Position numbers and translations under genes: made by a program. Under the pieces are notes generated by a model. It saw only the letters and a list, made by a program, of their open reading frames with translations, ran no database searches and was not told the origin of the DNA. Shown here piece by piece: positions 63,319-64,000 of a stretch of 64,000 nucleotides of DNA; the first letter of the stretch is position 1; each line of letters opens with the position of its first letter. This DNA comes from Balanoglossus misakiensis (taxonomy: Eukaryota; Animalia; Hemichordata): positions 966,736 to 1,030,735 of the forward strand of contig CM082596.2 in NCBI GenBank assembly GCA_040954595.2. Direction: 5' to 3'.

Positions 63319-64000
63319 GATCTACAAAGTCACTGTCCTAAAAATCAAAGGATAAACAACTACAACAAATGTTATTACATGAATTATTATCATACAATGT
63401 GGTACAGTCCCTGATCCCCATACAGAGGACTAGATCAAGGCTTCGAACACCGAATGTCCACTTACCGGTTATGCAATGTGTACAAATGTACATCGTACGA
63501 CAACATGGGTGTCAAAGGTCATCTTTGAAATTTAAATATGTCATATGAGGTCATATGGTTGAAGAGTGTCCGTGAACTGTATCGATGTGACTGTCACTGC
63601 ATTGAGTGAAAAAGCTGCACCAAATGGAGTTGTCTCTTTAACTTATTCTCTAAAACAAGCTTTTTACTGATGTTTCTCTCAAGTAGACAGTATAGTTCAG
63701 TTTTTATACGATATCGTGGAGATATGCCAAGATGATTCGTGTTCTGCGATTCTATTTTTGTCGGAGATGCTCGCCACTCAGATTGCTCTTTTTTGCTGTC
63801 TTGCTGTTCTTCCTCTTAACTGTGCTGTCAATTACTGCAATGCAAAAGGTAGGTTGATAAAATAATGATGTTTCAATTTGTCTGTGGCCAGGGTTTTAAC
63901 TAGGCCAATAGCTAGTTGCTACATGTAGCTGCATGAAGACGTTTCAGTTTAGTTGCCAGGCAACAAGGTATACGTGCCCAATGCAGCAAAAATTGTAAAG

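Overview
AT-rich eukaryotic (metazoan) genomic DNA with short spliceosomal introns. The gene set and intron style suggest an invertebrate deuterostome such as a hemichordate; that assignment is inference. There are no prokaryotic features (no CRISPR, rRNA or tRNA seen). The first ~21 kb is gene-poor: it holds the 5' end of an unidentified minus-strand gene (first coding exon 11127-11454), transposon remnants including a Kolobok-like TTAA element at 15012-16165, and simple repeats. From 21.9 kb the window is a compact cluster whose exons I reconstructed by hand: KPTN(-) head-to-head with PNO1(+); a ~2,070-aa FSIP2-domain protein(-) head-to-head with BBS1(+); a GAL3ST-like sulfotransferase(+); MUS81(+); a type-2 cystatin(-); POLE2(-) head-to-head with CCS(+); an unrecognised 126-aa membrane protein(-); and ERG28(-). 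The most notable observations are: (i) a putative ciliary/flagellar module in which the FSIP2-domain protein, carrying an AKAP-type helix and RRxS repeats, shares an RFX X-box/CRE-rich bidirectional promoter with BBS1; (ii) a CCS whose SOD-like domain is inactivated differently from human CCS; (iii) a three-exon small membrane protein not captured intact by the ORF track; and (iv) two GC-AG introns. All identifications come from recognising motifs by eye, not from database searches.
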